Under the pieces are notes generated by a model that had not been told where the DNA came from, did no database searches, and saw only the letters and a program-made list of their open reading frames with translations. A stretch of 64,000 nucleotides of DNA from a virus. Lineage: Duplodnaviria; Caudoviricetes. The DNA is taken from IMG/VR virus record IMGVR_UViG_3300008108_003798; one strand, given 5' to 3'. The translations under genes and the position numbers were made by a program. Positions 49,526-59,056 of the stretch are shown here, in pieces; the first letter of the stretch is position 1, and each line of letters opens with the position of its first letter.

Positions 49526-49711
49526 TTAGGTTTTGCGTTTAGACTGTTTAGCGGATAACTCTGCTACGCTGGAGACTAGACTGCGGCAATCGCCACACAC
49601 AAATCTTTTTCTCAGTATACGAAAGATCTCTTCCGCAGATCCTGCACCAGTGAAGTTCACTGTGTCCCGAATCTCATCTACTGTGAGGTTGTTGCACACG
49701 CATACTCGCAT
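49526..49711 (-). CDS. Bfd-like [2Fe-2S] ferredoxin
   Basis: VCVCNNLT..I..CGDC. Confidence 0.75.
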   Translation of the reverse strand: MRVCVCNNLTVDEIRDTVNFTGAGSAEEIFRILRKRFVCGDCRSLVSSVAELSAKQSKRKT

Positions 49712-49940
49712 AATACTATATATCAGGGAGATGGTATAAGCCTGTGATACCGCTGTATAAAGAGCGACTGTATAGAATGAAACGATTGGTGAGAAAGCGA
49801 ATAAAATGGTTTGAAAAGGTTTGGAGAGAAACTGAAAAGTATTTACACATAGCCTCTCAGGACCTCAGCCAAAGGTTTAAAAAACTGTTATAACCGTATG
49901 ATCATAATAGAGAAATCATAAAAAACCACGTCATACGGTG

Positions 49941-49993
49941 TCTAACGACACGCCGATCGGCCCCTAACGACAGGCCATACGGCCCCTAACGAC
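49941..49993 (+). repeat. three CTAACGAC iteron-like repeats with a 22-bp period
   Basis: Copies at 49942, 49964 and 49986; two share GGCCCCTAACGAC. Confidence 0.7.
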
Positions 49994-50399
49994 GCCCCGT
50001 TAGAGGTCTAATGGAGGTTACAGCCAAGATTGGGTCACTGTTCTACCATCGCAAGTATTCTCTAATAGGATCAATGGGTCAGCAGCGGGTCTAACTACGC
50101 AGTATAAGTGTTTGATCGTGTTGGATTTTTTTATACAGTGAGATCACGGGCTTATAAGTCATTGATCGTGTTGAACTTTTTCTACTATACAATTCAAGGG
50201 GTTACTAAGTCATTGAAAAGATTCGGAAATTTTTTCTTGTTTGATTTCACAGACTTAGGCGGAATGGTATTTGTCAATGAGTTTAAATGGTTACATTCGG
50301 GGTGGTGGTGGTGCTAAGTCATTGAAAACGTTGTGGGGAGGTGGAGACTGTATACTGTGGCGGAATTGTGGGGTGGCACAATGGGGCAATTTGGTGGAT

Positions 50400-50542
50400 G
50401 GTTTAACGTTAAACCAATTTGGCAGGATGGTTTAGTGTTAAACTATCGTGGAGGAAATGGTTTAATGTTAAACCTTCTCCCGCGGGTGGTTTAGAGTTAA
50501 ACCTTACAACCGGAGGTTGTGAGATGGTTTAATCATTAAACC
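50400..50542. repeat. five palindromic GGTTTA-N4/5-TAAACC repeats
   Basis: Copies at 50400, 50429, 50459, 50488 and 50526. Confidence 0.8.
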
Positions 50543-50974
50543 ATAGGTTCAGGGTTCGGCGACCCTCGCGTTCCCTACTCGGTGCGTGTCCGCACACCTT
50601 TCCTGGCCTCACTTACAGTATAACACATCTTGCCCCGAACGCAACCAGAAGTGATCTAACAAAATCAATGACTTACAAAATAAATTTTTTTTCTAAGTCG
50701 TTGAGATTGTTGGAGACTTTGTGCTTGCATATACGTGTAGACAGTGTATAACTAACACATAGAGGGACATACAAGAGGGAACACACAATGACATTCCATC
50801 AACAAGTAGCCAAGTTCGTAGCCAACAACCTCAACCGAGACGCAGACCGCTATGAACAGATCTGGAGCATCAAGAGCGCACTGCTCGCACACGGTTTTCT
50901 CAGCATAAACCGGTTGACAGTGCCCTGCTCATGTGCTATTGTATATGAGTAGGGCAACACAAGAGGGAACGAAG

Positions 50975-51259
50975 ATGGGATACTTTCTTTACGATCGGCA
51001 CGACACTCGCATCGTCAGCAAGGAGTACAAGACTCACGCCGCCGCTCAAGCTCAACTGACTCGGATGGGCAAGGGTCAATTGCAAACAGATCCTAATCAT
51101 CCAATCTACTGTTACGGCGTCGCAGAGAAAGAGTACTACTTCCGTCACATTGAGCGCAAGGTTGTGCGAGTTAACTTGATGAGCGGTGTTGAGTACGAGG
51201 AGAGTGTGAACACGCCGTTGGCTTGCTCGCCTGCTTCGGAAACCTACTGGAGCATGTAG
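50975..51259 (+). CDS. early hypothetical protein
   Basis: Cassette with own promoter; C-terminal NLMSG..ESVNTPLACSPASETYWSM motif. Confidence 0.75.
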   Translation: MGYFLYDRHDTRIVSKEYKTHAAAQAQLTRMGKGQLQTDPNHPIYCYGVAEKEYYFRHIERKVVRVNLMSGVEYEESVNTPLACSPASETYWSM

Positions 51260-51325
51260 AAACTGGTTGACACGGCCAGCGGGTCGTGTTATAACTGTGA
51301 CATAGGGCAACACAACGAGGGCACG

Positions 51326-51517
51326 ATGGAAAGCAAACCGTTCTACGTCAAGCAAGACTTTGTCAAACTCCTGCGTCAGAAGCGCGGCACAGAATACACC
51401 ATTGGCTGGTTGGCTATGGCTTACTCCATGCCGCCCGTGCCCGAAGCACAGGAGATGGAGATCATCCAAAAGGAAATCCCCGTCCTGCAGGCTTTGCCGG
51501 ACTACGACGGCATCTAA
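51326..51517 (+). CDS. early hypothetical protein
   Basis: Promoter and RBS. Confidence 0.7.
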   Translation: MESKPFYVKQDFVKLLRQKRGTEYTIGWLAMAYSMPPVPEAQEMEIIQKEIPVLQALPDYDGI

Positions 51518-51589
51518 GAGGTTGACAGCACAGACTAGACGTGCTATAACTAACACATAGAGCAACACAGTGTAGAGGGAATATACACA

Positions 51590-52000
51590 ATGGGAACTCG
51601 TTCAACTATTGGGATCCAGAACGCAGACGGCACTGTCACTGGCATCTACTGCCACTGGGACGGCTACTTGAGCCACAACGGCCGAATCCTTGCTGAGAAC
51701 TACACGGACGAAGACAAGGTGCGTAAGTTGATCGGTCTTGGCGATATCAGCAGCCTGGGACCGCACATTGGCAATCAGCACGACTTTGACAATGCTCCTA
51801 CGCTGTCGTGCAATGCTTACGGTCGCGATCGTGGCGAGAAGGATGTTGCTGCTCGCACTCTGCACAACTGGCGTCAGTTCTGTGCTGAGAACGGGCAGGA
51901 GTATGACTACCTGTTCACTCCTGGTGCTGGCTGGCAGGTTCGCACCTACAACGGCATCTACGACCTTGCTCGTGCATTGGCAACAGAAACCGTAGAATAA
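51590..52000 (+). CDS. conserved phage early protein
   Basis: MGTRSTIG..IYCHWDGY motif. Confidence 0.8.
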   Translation: MGTRSTIGIQNADGTVTGIYCHWDGYLSHNGRILAENYTDEDKVRKLIGLGDISSLGPHIGNQHDFDNAPTLSCNAYGRDRGEKDVAARTLHNWRQFCAENGQEYDYLFTPGAGWQVRTYNGIYDLARALATETVE

Positions 52001-52063
52001 TGGTTGACACAGCCCTGCTCATGTGCTATTGTATATGAGTAGGGCAACACAAGAGGGACTGAG

Positions 52064-52303
52064 ATGTACAAGATCTATGGCGACTATGGTTACACCAGCG
52101 AATGCCTGCTGCATGAAGCTGACACTCGTAGCGAAGCCCTGCGTTGGGCAGACCGTTACACTGCCGACGACTTTGGCGGCTATGCTGTGATTGATGTTGC
52201 GGTTCACCTCAGCAACGGCGAATACAGCACCATCCAGACCTACCGTGCAGAAGACTACGAGTACGAAGGCGATGACGATTTTGCGCTGATTGATGAATTC
52301 TAA
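52064..52303 (+). CDS. early hypothetical protein
   Basis: Promoter and RBS. Confidence 0.75.
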   Translation: MYKIYGDYGYTSECLLHEADTRSEALRWADRYTADDFGGYAVIDVAVHLSNGEYSTIQTYRAEDYEYEGDDDFALIDEF

Positions 52304-52372
52304 GGTTGACAACCACTGTAGATGTGTTAGTATGTGTGAGTAGAGAGAAACATAGCAGAGAGGGAACACGCT

Positions 52373-52738
52373 ATGACCAACGCTATCGCAATCCGCAACG
52401 AAATGCTGGAACAGGCTGCAACCGTTGCCACGGACTATGTTCGTGAGTGGACTGCTAAGACGGGCGGCAATGCCTACGGTGAACCCATGTATTGCGGCTT
52501 CGCTTGGGTCACTGTATATCCTCAGCACAAAGGCAACACCCGCGACGGCAAAGCTGAGCGCAAGGTGCTGGAAGACATGGGCTTCCGCAAAGACTGGACG
52601 GGCAAGGCTTACGAATACTGGAACCCCAGCAAGTGGGGCGGGCAGAGCATGGATGTGAAGGAAGCAGGTGCTCGTGCTGCCGCTGACGTGCTCCGCAAGT
52701 ATGGATTCACTGCCTACGCTGGTTCGCGAGCAGACTGA
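52373..52738 (+). CDS. conserved phage early protein
   Basis: CGFAWV..QSMDVKEAGARA motif. Confidence 0.8.
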   Translation: MTNAIAIRNEMLEQAATVATDYVREWTAKTGGNAYGEPMYCGFAWVTVYPQHKGNTRDGKAERKVLEDMGFRKDWTGKAYEYWNPSKWGGQSMDVKEAGARAAADVLRKYGFTAYAGSRAD

Positions 52739-52809
52739 GGCAGAAAGAGGTTGACAGGGCGGCAACGCCCTGTTATAACTAACACATAGGGCAACAAGGA
52801 GACGACGAG

Positions 52810-53043
52810 ATGGCACGTTCGATTCGCGAAATTACCAACCGTATCTATGAAGCCGTTGACGAAGGCGTGCTGACTTGGCAGCAGATTGCCGAAGCCGCTC
52901 TGACGTATATGAGCGAAAGCGATGTGGCTGACATGGCTCACAACGAAGAGTTCTTCATGTATGAAGACGAGGAAGAAGACGAGGAAGAGTGGTCGCCCTA
53001 CACCGCAGACTTCAATGACAAAGGTTCCATCCACCACTACTGA
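52810..53043 (+). CDS. acidic early protein
   Basis: ALTYMSESDVADM motif. Confidence 0.75.
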   Translation: MARSIREITNRIYEAVDEGVLTWQQIAEAALTYMSESDVADMAHNEEFFMYEDEEEDEEEWSPYTADFNDKGSIHHY

Positions 53044-53116
53044 TTTTGGTTGACACACCCCTACTTGTGTGCTATAACATACGAGTAGGGCAACACTGCT
53101 AGAGGAGCACAAGCAG

Positions 53117-53512
53117 ATGGCATACGGTGATTTCGTTACTGAGGTTGGTGAAACGGTTGGTATTGTTCGTCAACATCGCCACGGCACGATCTTGATGAGC
53201 CGCTTTGGCACTGTAACCAAAGTCAACGGACACGGACACATCTTTGTCCAGTGCGAAGACCGGGAGTATCGCTTCACCAAGACGGGAGATGCTTACAAAG
53301 ACTCCTACGGTCCTAGTTTGATGCAGGCTGCTAAACTGCGTATGATCCAGGAGAGTGAGACTCGTCGCAAGGAGCAGGTGCGTGTGGCTCGTGCTATGGA
53401 GCAGACGCTCAAGGAGGGATACTCCTATGCGGGTCGCTTCTTCCCCACCGCAGAGCGTATCGCGGCTCTGAAAAATCTTTTGTCAGAGTTGGAAAATCTG
53501 GTTGACCATTGA
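53117..53512 (+). CDS. early hypothetical protein
   Basis: Promoter and RBS. Confidence 0.75.
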   Translation: MAYGDFVTEVGETVGIVRQHRHGTILMSRFGTVTKVNGHGHIFVQCEDREYRFTKTGDAYKDSYGPSLMQAAKLRMIQESETRRKEQVRVARAMEQTLKEGYSYAGRFFPTAERIAALKNLLSELENLVDH

Positions 53513-53558
53513 GTCAACCAGTGCTATAACTAACACATAGGGCAACGAGGAGCACACG

Positions 53559-53744
53559 ATGAACGACGCAAGAGCAGAACAGTGGCAGCGGCTGATCGAC
53601 CTGCTTGACGAAGCAGATGCGATTCAGCAGAAACTGCTGGGCGACGAGGATGCTGCGGCGTGCTATGAGTTCCACAATCAGTTGAACAACATGGCCGACG
53701 AGTTCACTGACTTGGCCAACAAAGATGGCTACGAAATCGGTTGA
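53559..53744 (+). CDS. early hypothetical protein
   Basis: Promoter and RBS. Confidence 0.7.
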   Translation: MNDARAEQWQRLIDLLDEADAIQQKLLGDEDAAACYEFHNQLNNMADEFTDLANKDGYEIG

Positions 53745-53805
53745 CACTGTAGACTAGACGTGCTATAACTAACACATAGGGCAACACAGTAGAGGGAACT
53801 ACAAG

Positions 53806-54075
53806 ATGCTGACACTGGAACACACCGTCCGTTCGTACGCCGGCAAGCCTGGCTGCATGTGCGGCTGCAACGGAGTCTACAACGAAGGCGACCGTGCTCG
53901 CAAGATGGCGCTGACGGCGCTGCTGAAGAACCCAGAGGTTCGCTTGCAGGCTTGGAAGCCCAGCGATGATGCTGGTTGCTTGTTTGTTGAAACTGATACT
54001 CGCAACCGTGTGCTGTACCTCACTGAAGCAGGTGTAGCCGCTGCCCGTGCTATGGGCGTGAAAGAGGAGAAATAA
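53806..54075 (+). CDS. early hypothetical protein with a GCMCGC motif
   Basis: YAGKPGCMCGCNG. Confidence 0.75.
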   Translation: MLTLEHTVRSYAGKPGCMCGCNGVYNEGDRARKMALTALLKNPEVRLQAWKPSDDAGCLFVETDTRNRVLYLTEAGVAAARAMGVKEEK

Positions 54076-54076
54076 G

Positions 54077-54319
54077 ATGTCTGTTATGGAACTGTTGAAG
54101 ACTGCTTTTCCGCGCACCAAGAGCACCAAGCACACTGCGTTCTGCGAACGTATCCCAATGGTGGTTTTTGAACTTGTGGAAGAGCAAGTGCGGACTGAGA
54201 TGCGGGCAAAAGGTTATGTCACTCGCTATCGTGGGCCGCGTGTGAGCAATAACACCTACGGCAATCCTACAACCACTCGGCGCTGCGACGCAACTCATGT
54301 TCTGCTCTATCGCAAATAA
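54077..54319 (+). CDS. early hypothetical protein
   Basis: ORF track. Confidence 0.7.
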   Translation: MSVMELLKTAFPRTKSTKHTAFCERIPMVVFELVEEQVRTEMRAKGYVTRYRGPRVSNNTYGNPTTTRRCDATHVLLYRK

Positions 54320-54380
54320 TGGTTGACACAGGTCACGATTCGCGCTATAACTAACACACAACGAGGCAATGGAGGGTAAC

Positions 54381-54935
54381 ATGCCGAACTGGTGCAATAA
54401 CTCAATTGAAATCGAAGGTCCTGTAGAGAAGATTGCTGCACTGTGGGCTGAGGCTTCCGCTGGCGGCGAAGGCGCGGCTCTGCTCAATGCTCTGTGTCCG
54501 ATGCCAGCAGAACTCTTAGAAGGTGAAGCCTGGTATGGCTGGCGTGTGGCACACTGGGGAACCAAGTGGGACATTGACATGCAAGGTCTCGAGTTTGTTG
54601 ACAACGAACAAGGTCGTGCCTGTATCACAGGTTGGTTTGATTCGGCTTGGAGCCCGCCTGTTGATGCGTTCCAGTCTTATGCTAATGAGAATCCTGATGT
54701 AGACATGGAACTCAAATACTTCGAGCCCGGCATGTCGTTTGTAGGTGTTTGGGATAGTGAAGGTGGTGATGCCTATTGGGATGGCGTTGGCGAGTTGCTG
54801 GACACCACTGAAGAGCAAGACGCTGTTCTGTTTGAACTGTTGGAACACTTTGATGTGGCCGGTTGGTTCGAGACTGACGAAGAAGAGAACCTTGAGATCG
54901 ACCTTGACGGCGGTGTGAGTGCCATCAACGAATAA
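54381..54935 (+). CDS. DUF1281/YubB (Api92-like) ferredoxin-fold protein
   Basis: MPNWCNN..WRVAHWGTKWD..FDSAWSPP..YFEPG. Confidence 0.8.
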   Translation: MPNWCNNSIEIEGPVEKIAALWAEASAGGEGAALLNALCPMPAELLEGEAWYGWRVAHWGTKWDIDMQGLEFVDNEQGRACITGWFDSAWSPPVDAFQSYANENPDVDMELKYFEPGMSFVGVWDSEGGDAYWDGVGELLDTTEEQDAVLFELLEHFDVAGWFETDEEENLEIDLDGGVSAINE

Positions 54936-55004
54936 TAATGGTTGACACACCCCTACTCGTGTGCTATAACATACGAGTAGGGCAACGCTGCTGAGGAGCA
55001 CACG

Positions 55005-55280
55005 ATGGCACGTAAGACGATCGAAGTTGGCAAGATACTGCGGATGGCTAACACCTTCCTTGCTGCAACTAACACCCGCGACGACGAGCGTGAAGGCGTG
55101 TGTGCGCTGCTGGAGGCTGTGCTGTTTGAGTCGGGCAACTATGAAGGCTTCCGCTATTTGGAAGGCAGTGACTATCCGGAAGAAGTTCCAAGCGGTAGCC
55201 GCCGCTTCTACTTCGCAAGCAAGACTGTGCTTGCAGATGAAGCAGAGGAACTTCGCAACGTCAACCGCATCCGTGTGTGA
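55005..55280 (+). CDS. early hypothetical protein
   Basis: LEAVLFESGNYEGFRYL motif. Confidence 0.75.
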   Translation: MARKTIEVGKILRMANTFLAATNTRDDEREGVCALLEAVLFESGNYEGFRYLEGSDYPEEVPSGSRRFYFASKTVLADEAEELRNVNRIRV

Positions 55281-55290
55281 GGAGAACCGC

Positions 55291-55455
55291 ATGAACCCTT
55301 TGGCTTTTTTTGCAATGGTAGGGTTTGTACTGTTGCTGATCGTCAGCACCGCAGCCTACACCTTTTCCAAATGCGGCTGGTATGCCTTTGCACTGGGCAA
55401 AGGTGCTGGGATGGCTGCCGTCACTGGCATGTGCGATAAACTCAACGAGGAATAA
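55291..55455 (+). CDS. small membrane/exported protein
   Basis: RBS GGAG; hydrophobic N-terminus. Confidence 0.6.
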   Translation: MNPLAFFAMVGFVLLLIVSTAAYTFSKCGWYAFALGKGAGMAAVTGMCDKLNEE

Positions 55456-55456
55456 C

Positions 55457-55576
55457 ATGGACTGGACTATTGAAGAATACCTAGCGTTCGAACAGCACCT
55501 GTTGGAACAAGCAGAAAAAGATGCAGACGATTATGAGATTCCGGTTGACGAACCTGTCTACTGGTGCTATAACTAA
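55457..55576 (+). CDS. small acidic protein whose 3' end contains the next promoter
   Basis: ...PVDEPVYWCYN* is encoded by TTGACG-N17-TATAAC. Confidence 0.55.
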   Translation: MDWTIEEYLAFEQHLLEQAEKDADDYEIPVDEPVYWCYN

Positions 55577-55603
55577 CACATAGGGCAACAAGAGGACCAC
55601 AAG

Positions 55604-55885
55604 ATGAACAACTTTGCAACCGCCATCACTGCAATCCACAAGATGGACAACGACGAACTGAACGCTGTGGTTCGTGCAATCAAAGACCGCCGCACCTATC
55701 TTGCTCGTCAGCAGGCTGTGACCTTTGCTGTGGGCGACCGTGTGTCGTTCGCTGCTCGTGGTATGCAGGTGCTGGGTACCGTTACCAAGATCAACATCAA
55801 GACCGTCCAAGTTCGTCAGAGCAACACTGCTACGGTTTGGAAAGTCCACGCAAGCCTGCTCCGGCCAGTGAAAGAAATGGCTTGA
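55604..55885 (+). CDS. early protein with an SH3/KOW-like C-terminus
   Basis: FAVGDRVSF..GTVTKINIKTV..WKVHASLL. Confidence 0.75.
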   Translation: MNNFATAITAIHKMDNDELNAVVRAIKDRRTYLARQQAVTFAVGDRVSFAARGMQVLGTVTKINIKTVQVRQSNTATVWKVHASLLRPVKEMA

Positions 55886-55938
55886 CAGGTTGCTGTATAC
55901 GTGCTATAACTAACACATAGAAACACAAGAGGGACACG

Positions 55939-56127
55939 ATGAAAGATTACATGACACTGATCGCAGTCATTGACCGGTTGGGCGATATTGCAGAACTTCC
56001 GTCAGCTAAGATCCGCGAAGCACTGGATCAATACATTGCTCAGTTGGAAACAGAGGTTGCTTATGTTGAACGAGAGATGGAACGTGAACACCAGATCGAT
56101 GTGATGTTCGAGAACGTGCCAGTATAA
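55939..56127 (+). CDS. early hypothetical protein
   Basis: Promoter and RBS. Confidence 0.7.
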   Translation: MKDYMTLIAVIDRLGDIAELPSAKIREALDQYIAQLETEVAYVEREMEREHQIDVMFENVPV

Positions 56128-56136
56128 ATAGACAAC

Positions 56137-56212
56137 GCCCGGTTAGCCCAAAGGTAGAGGCAACAGACTTAAAATCTGTCAAGCGTCGGTTCGACCCCGA
56201 CACTGGGTACCA
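56137..56212 (+). tRNA. tRNA-Leu(UAA) with a short variable arm
   Basis: Cloverleaf; anticodon loop CTTAAAA; GGTTCGA; encoded CCA; TATAAATA at 56123-56130. Confidence 0.8.
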
Positions 56213-56218
56213 AACATT

Positions 56219-56295
56219 GGGGGATTAGCTCAATTGGTTAGAGCGTCGGACTCATAATCCGCAGGTTATCGGTTCAAGTCCGGTATCCCCTACCA
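56219..56295 (+). tRNA. tRNA with a CAU anticodon (elongator Met or Ile2)
   Basis: Anticodon loop CTCATAA; GGTTCAAGTCC; CCA. Confidence 0.9.
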
Positions 56296-56297
56296 TA

Positions 56298-56374
<77 letters not shown>

Positions 56375-56392
56375 ACTTTACAAGAGAGCAAG

Positions 56393-56800
56393 ATGAGTTA
56401 CACTGAAAAGACTATGGTCGCTGGTGAAGCAGAGATCATCTACACCACCTTCTCCTACTGGAACTTGGTGTTTGGGTTTGGCATTGGCCTTGCCCTTGCT
56501 CCGATCACCCTTGGTTTGAGTATGCTGTTCGCACTTGCGGCTGTGCTGGATCACTACTTCACAGAGTATTCCATTACCACAAGGCGTGTGTTGACCAAGC
56601 GTGGTGTGATCCGGCGGCGGGTGAGTGAAGTGAACATCCGCAAGGTCGAAGGTGTTTCGGTGCGTCAAACGGTGCTGGGACGCATCTTGGGTTATGGTGA
56701 TGTGATCGTGCGTGGCACTGGCACAGAGCATTTGACCATCCGGATGGTGCAGGCCCCGCTGTTAGTGAAAGTTTCTATCCAGAATCAGGTTGACAAGTAA
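56393..56800 (+). CDS. bacterial PH-domain (bPH_2) membrane protein
   Basis: YSITTRRVLTKRGVI..KVEGVSVRQTVLGRILGYGDV. Confidence 0.85.
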   Translation: MSYTEKTMVAGEAEIIYTTFSYWNLVFGFGIGLALAPITLGLSMLFALAAVLDHYFTEYSITTRRVLTKRGVIRRRVSEVNIRKVEGVSVRQTVLGRILGYGDVIVRGTGTEHLTIRMVQAPLLVKVSIQNQVDK

Positions 56801-56826
56801 GTGTGTCTGTCGTATAGTATACAAGT

Positions 56827-57847
56827 AGGCAAAGAGGGAAGCAACATGTCTAACGTTAAATTTCTTGATGGTACTTTTAAACTGCGCGGCAAAGATGTAG
56901 ATATGTCGGGCATGGTTCTGCCCATGTTGGAAGGTTTTAAGGTTGGTGTTCGTGGCGGCTACGTGACTGTGGATGGTAAGGCAGTCCCTGGGTTTCCTGA
57001 TCGTGCGATTAAGGTGTATGTTGCAGGTGCAGGCTCGGTTGAAGAGACCGAAGACTCCGTGGCCGCCACTGCCAGAGAAGAATCCGACGAAGAAGTGATT
57101 GAACGACTGCGTGAACGCTTTGATATGCTGTCGGACATGACCAGAGCAGTCAAGCGCGGCGAAGTACGTGCTATGATCGTAAGTGGTCCTCCGGGCGTGG
57201 GCAAGAGCCACGGTGTTGAAGAAGTTCTTGATCGCTACAAGATGATGGAGACTCTTGGTGCTGCCAAGACTCACGAAGTTGTCAAAGGTGCTATGAGTGC
57301 GTTGGGTCTCTATGCCAAACTGTTCAAGATGAGTGCTCCAGGCAACATTGTTGTGTTTGACGACTGTGACAGTGTGTTCTCAGACGAACTGAGCCTGAAC
57401 ATCCTCAAGGCTGCACTGGACTCAAAGAAGACTCGTACTATCCACTGGAACACTGATAGCCGACTGTTGCGTCAAGAAGGTATTCCAGGTTCGTTCAAGT
57501 TTGAAGGTAGTGCTATCTTCATCACCAACTTGAAGTTCGACAAGGTCAGAGGTAAACTGCGTGAACACCTTGCAGCATTGGAATCACGCTGCCACTATAT
57601 CGACTTGACCATTGACACTGATCGTGAGAAGATGCTGCGTATCCAACAGATCGTTCGTGACGGCATGTTGGATGAATATGAGTTTGACGAAGAAATGCAA
57701 CAGGAGATTGTTGACTTCGTTGATGTGAATAAGAAGCGACTGCGCGAACTTTCCCTCAGGTCCGTGCTCAAGGTCGCCGACTTGGCAAAGGCCTTTCCTA
57801 CCAAATGGGAAGCCGTTGCCGAAAGCACTGTGATGCGTCGAGACTGA
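56827..57847 (+). CDS. AAA+ ATPase
   Basis: Walker A SGPPGVGKS; Walker B VVFDDCD; IFITN; ALESR. Confidence 0.85.
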
Positions 57848-57862
57848 CTCCGCATCACAGTA

Positions 57863-58002
57863 TGCTACACGGACCGCCCTCATCCGTGTAGCAGCCCAGG
57901 TAGACAGTGTGCCCTCGCTGGTCTACCGACTACGGAGAAGCGTCGCCCTCACGCCCTCTCCACAGTGCCCTAGCAGGATGCCCTCCCTGCTAGGGCTTTT
58001 TT
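57863..58002 (+). ncRNA. putative four-hairpin sRNA with GCCCUC loops, ending in an intrinsic terminator
   Basis: Stems TGCTACACGGA/TCCGTGTAGCA, GGTAGAC/GTCTACC, GGAGA..GCGT/ACGC..TCTCC, GCCCTAGCAGG/CCTGCTAGGGC+T6; every loop contains GCCCTC. Confidence 0.65.
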
Positions 58003-58086
58003 ATTGCAATCGCAGTCTTAGAGGTTGACAGGGCGGAACTGCTGTGCTATACATAACAAGTAAGCAACGCATAGAGGGAATACACA

Positions 58087-58386
58087 ATGCGTAAAGTTAC
58101 TGTCCTCCGCAAGTTCCAAACTGTTAAAGCAATGCGCGACTGTATTGCTGCTTATACTGCAAATGTTTTTGCAGACGAACTGCGCGAAGCTGCTGTTGCA
58201 ATGTATGCAAATGACATTGCGAGAGCTGTTGTTGCGCTTAACGAGTTTATTAGAACGAGTGACGCTGTTGCATTGCACAAGCGTATTATGTATTGGGACA
58301 CAGACGTGCGGGAAGCATTTGTTAGCGTGTTGCACTACATAGAGCAAGAGCAAATGGTGCCTGCTACGGAGTTTGCTGTGCTGTAA
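58087..58386 (+). CDS. early hypothetical protein (largely TC/CC-free)
   Basis: Promoter and RBS. Confidence 0.7.
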   Translation: MRKVTVLRKFQTVKAMRDCIAAYTANVFADELREAAVAMYANDIARAVVALNEFIRTSDAVALHKRIMYWDTDVREAFVSVLHYIEQEQMVPATEFAVL

Positions 58387-58453
58387 CAACGAGGAGTTGA
58401 CAGCACAGTCTATCCGTGCTATACAATACAAATAGGGCAACAAGGAGCACACC

Positions 58454-58654
58454 ATGTCTAATGCACGTCTTGCAGAAATTGCTGCAAAGCACAGCGCAGC
58501 AATCCACGTCTACAAAACCACAGGAGAAATTGACAGCACGTCAGATCTCTACTTTGAAGTATATGAATATTTCGCAAACGAAATGGACTCTAAAGTCCGC
58601 CGCAGTGCTGCACGCCAGTTTGACTACATAACAGAAAAAATCCGCAGCCTGTAA
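58454..58654 (+). CDS. early hypothetical protein
   Basis: Promoter and RBS. Confidence 0.7.
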   Translation: MSNARLAEIAAKHSAAIHVYKTTGEIDSTSDLYFEVYEYFANEMDSKVRRSAARQFDYITEKIRSL

Positions 58655-58721
58655 GAATGTGGTTGACACAGCCCTGTAGATATGCTATAACGTATGAGTA
58701 GGGCAACAAAGGACAACACCA

Positions 58722-58901
58722 ATGATCAAGATTACTATTCCAGCAGTGTCGGTTCGCGAAGCAGTCGACATCCGCGACAGAATTCAGGGCGTGATCCTTG
58801 TGAAGGGTGAGACGGCTGTGATTGGCGATGGCGGTGTTGTGATCACCACAGACAATCCTGTGCGTGTGTGCCTTGAACTGCAAGGCGATGGCTTCATCTA
58901 A
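58722..58901 (+). CDS. early hypothetical protein (59 aa)
   Basis: Manual translation MIKITIPAVSVREAVDIRDRIQG... Confidence 0.65.
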   Translation: MIKITIPAVSVREAVDIRDRIQGVILVKGETAVIGDGGVVITTDNPVRVCLELQGDGFI

Positions 58902-59056
58902 CCCCGGCCAGGCGGGCTAAGTCATTGAAAACAATGGCAAATTTTTCTCGCACAAAAATGCTAAGTCGTTGTTTTTAAACGAATCATTTTGCTTGCAAAC
59001 TGTGCTGCATAGTGTATAACTGTACTTGTAAGCAACACAGCAGAGGGAAACACGCT

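Noticed and set aside
50400-50542. Palindromic repeats as a mini-CRISPR
   Set aside because: The 16-bp degenerate repeats and 13-21-nt spacers are too short, and there is no cas context.
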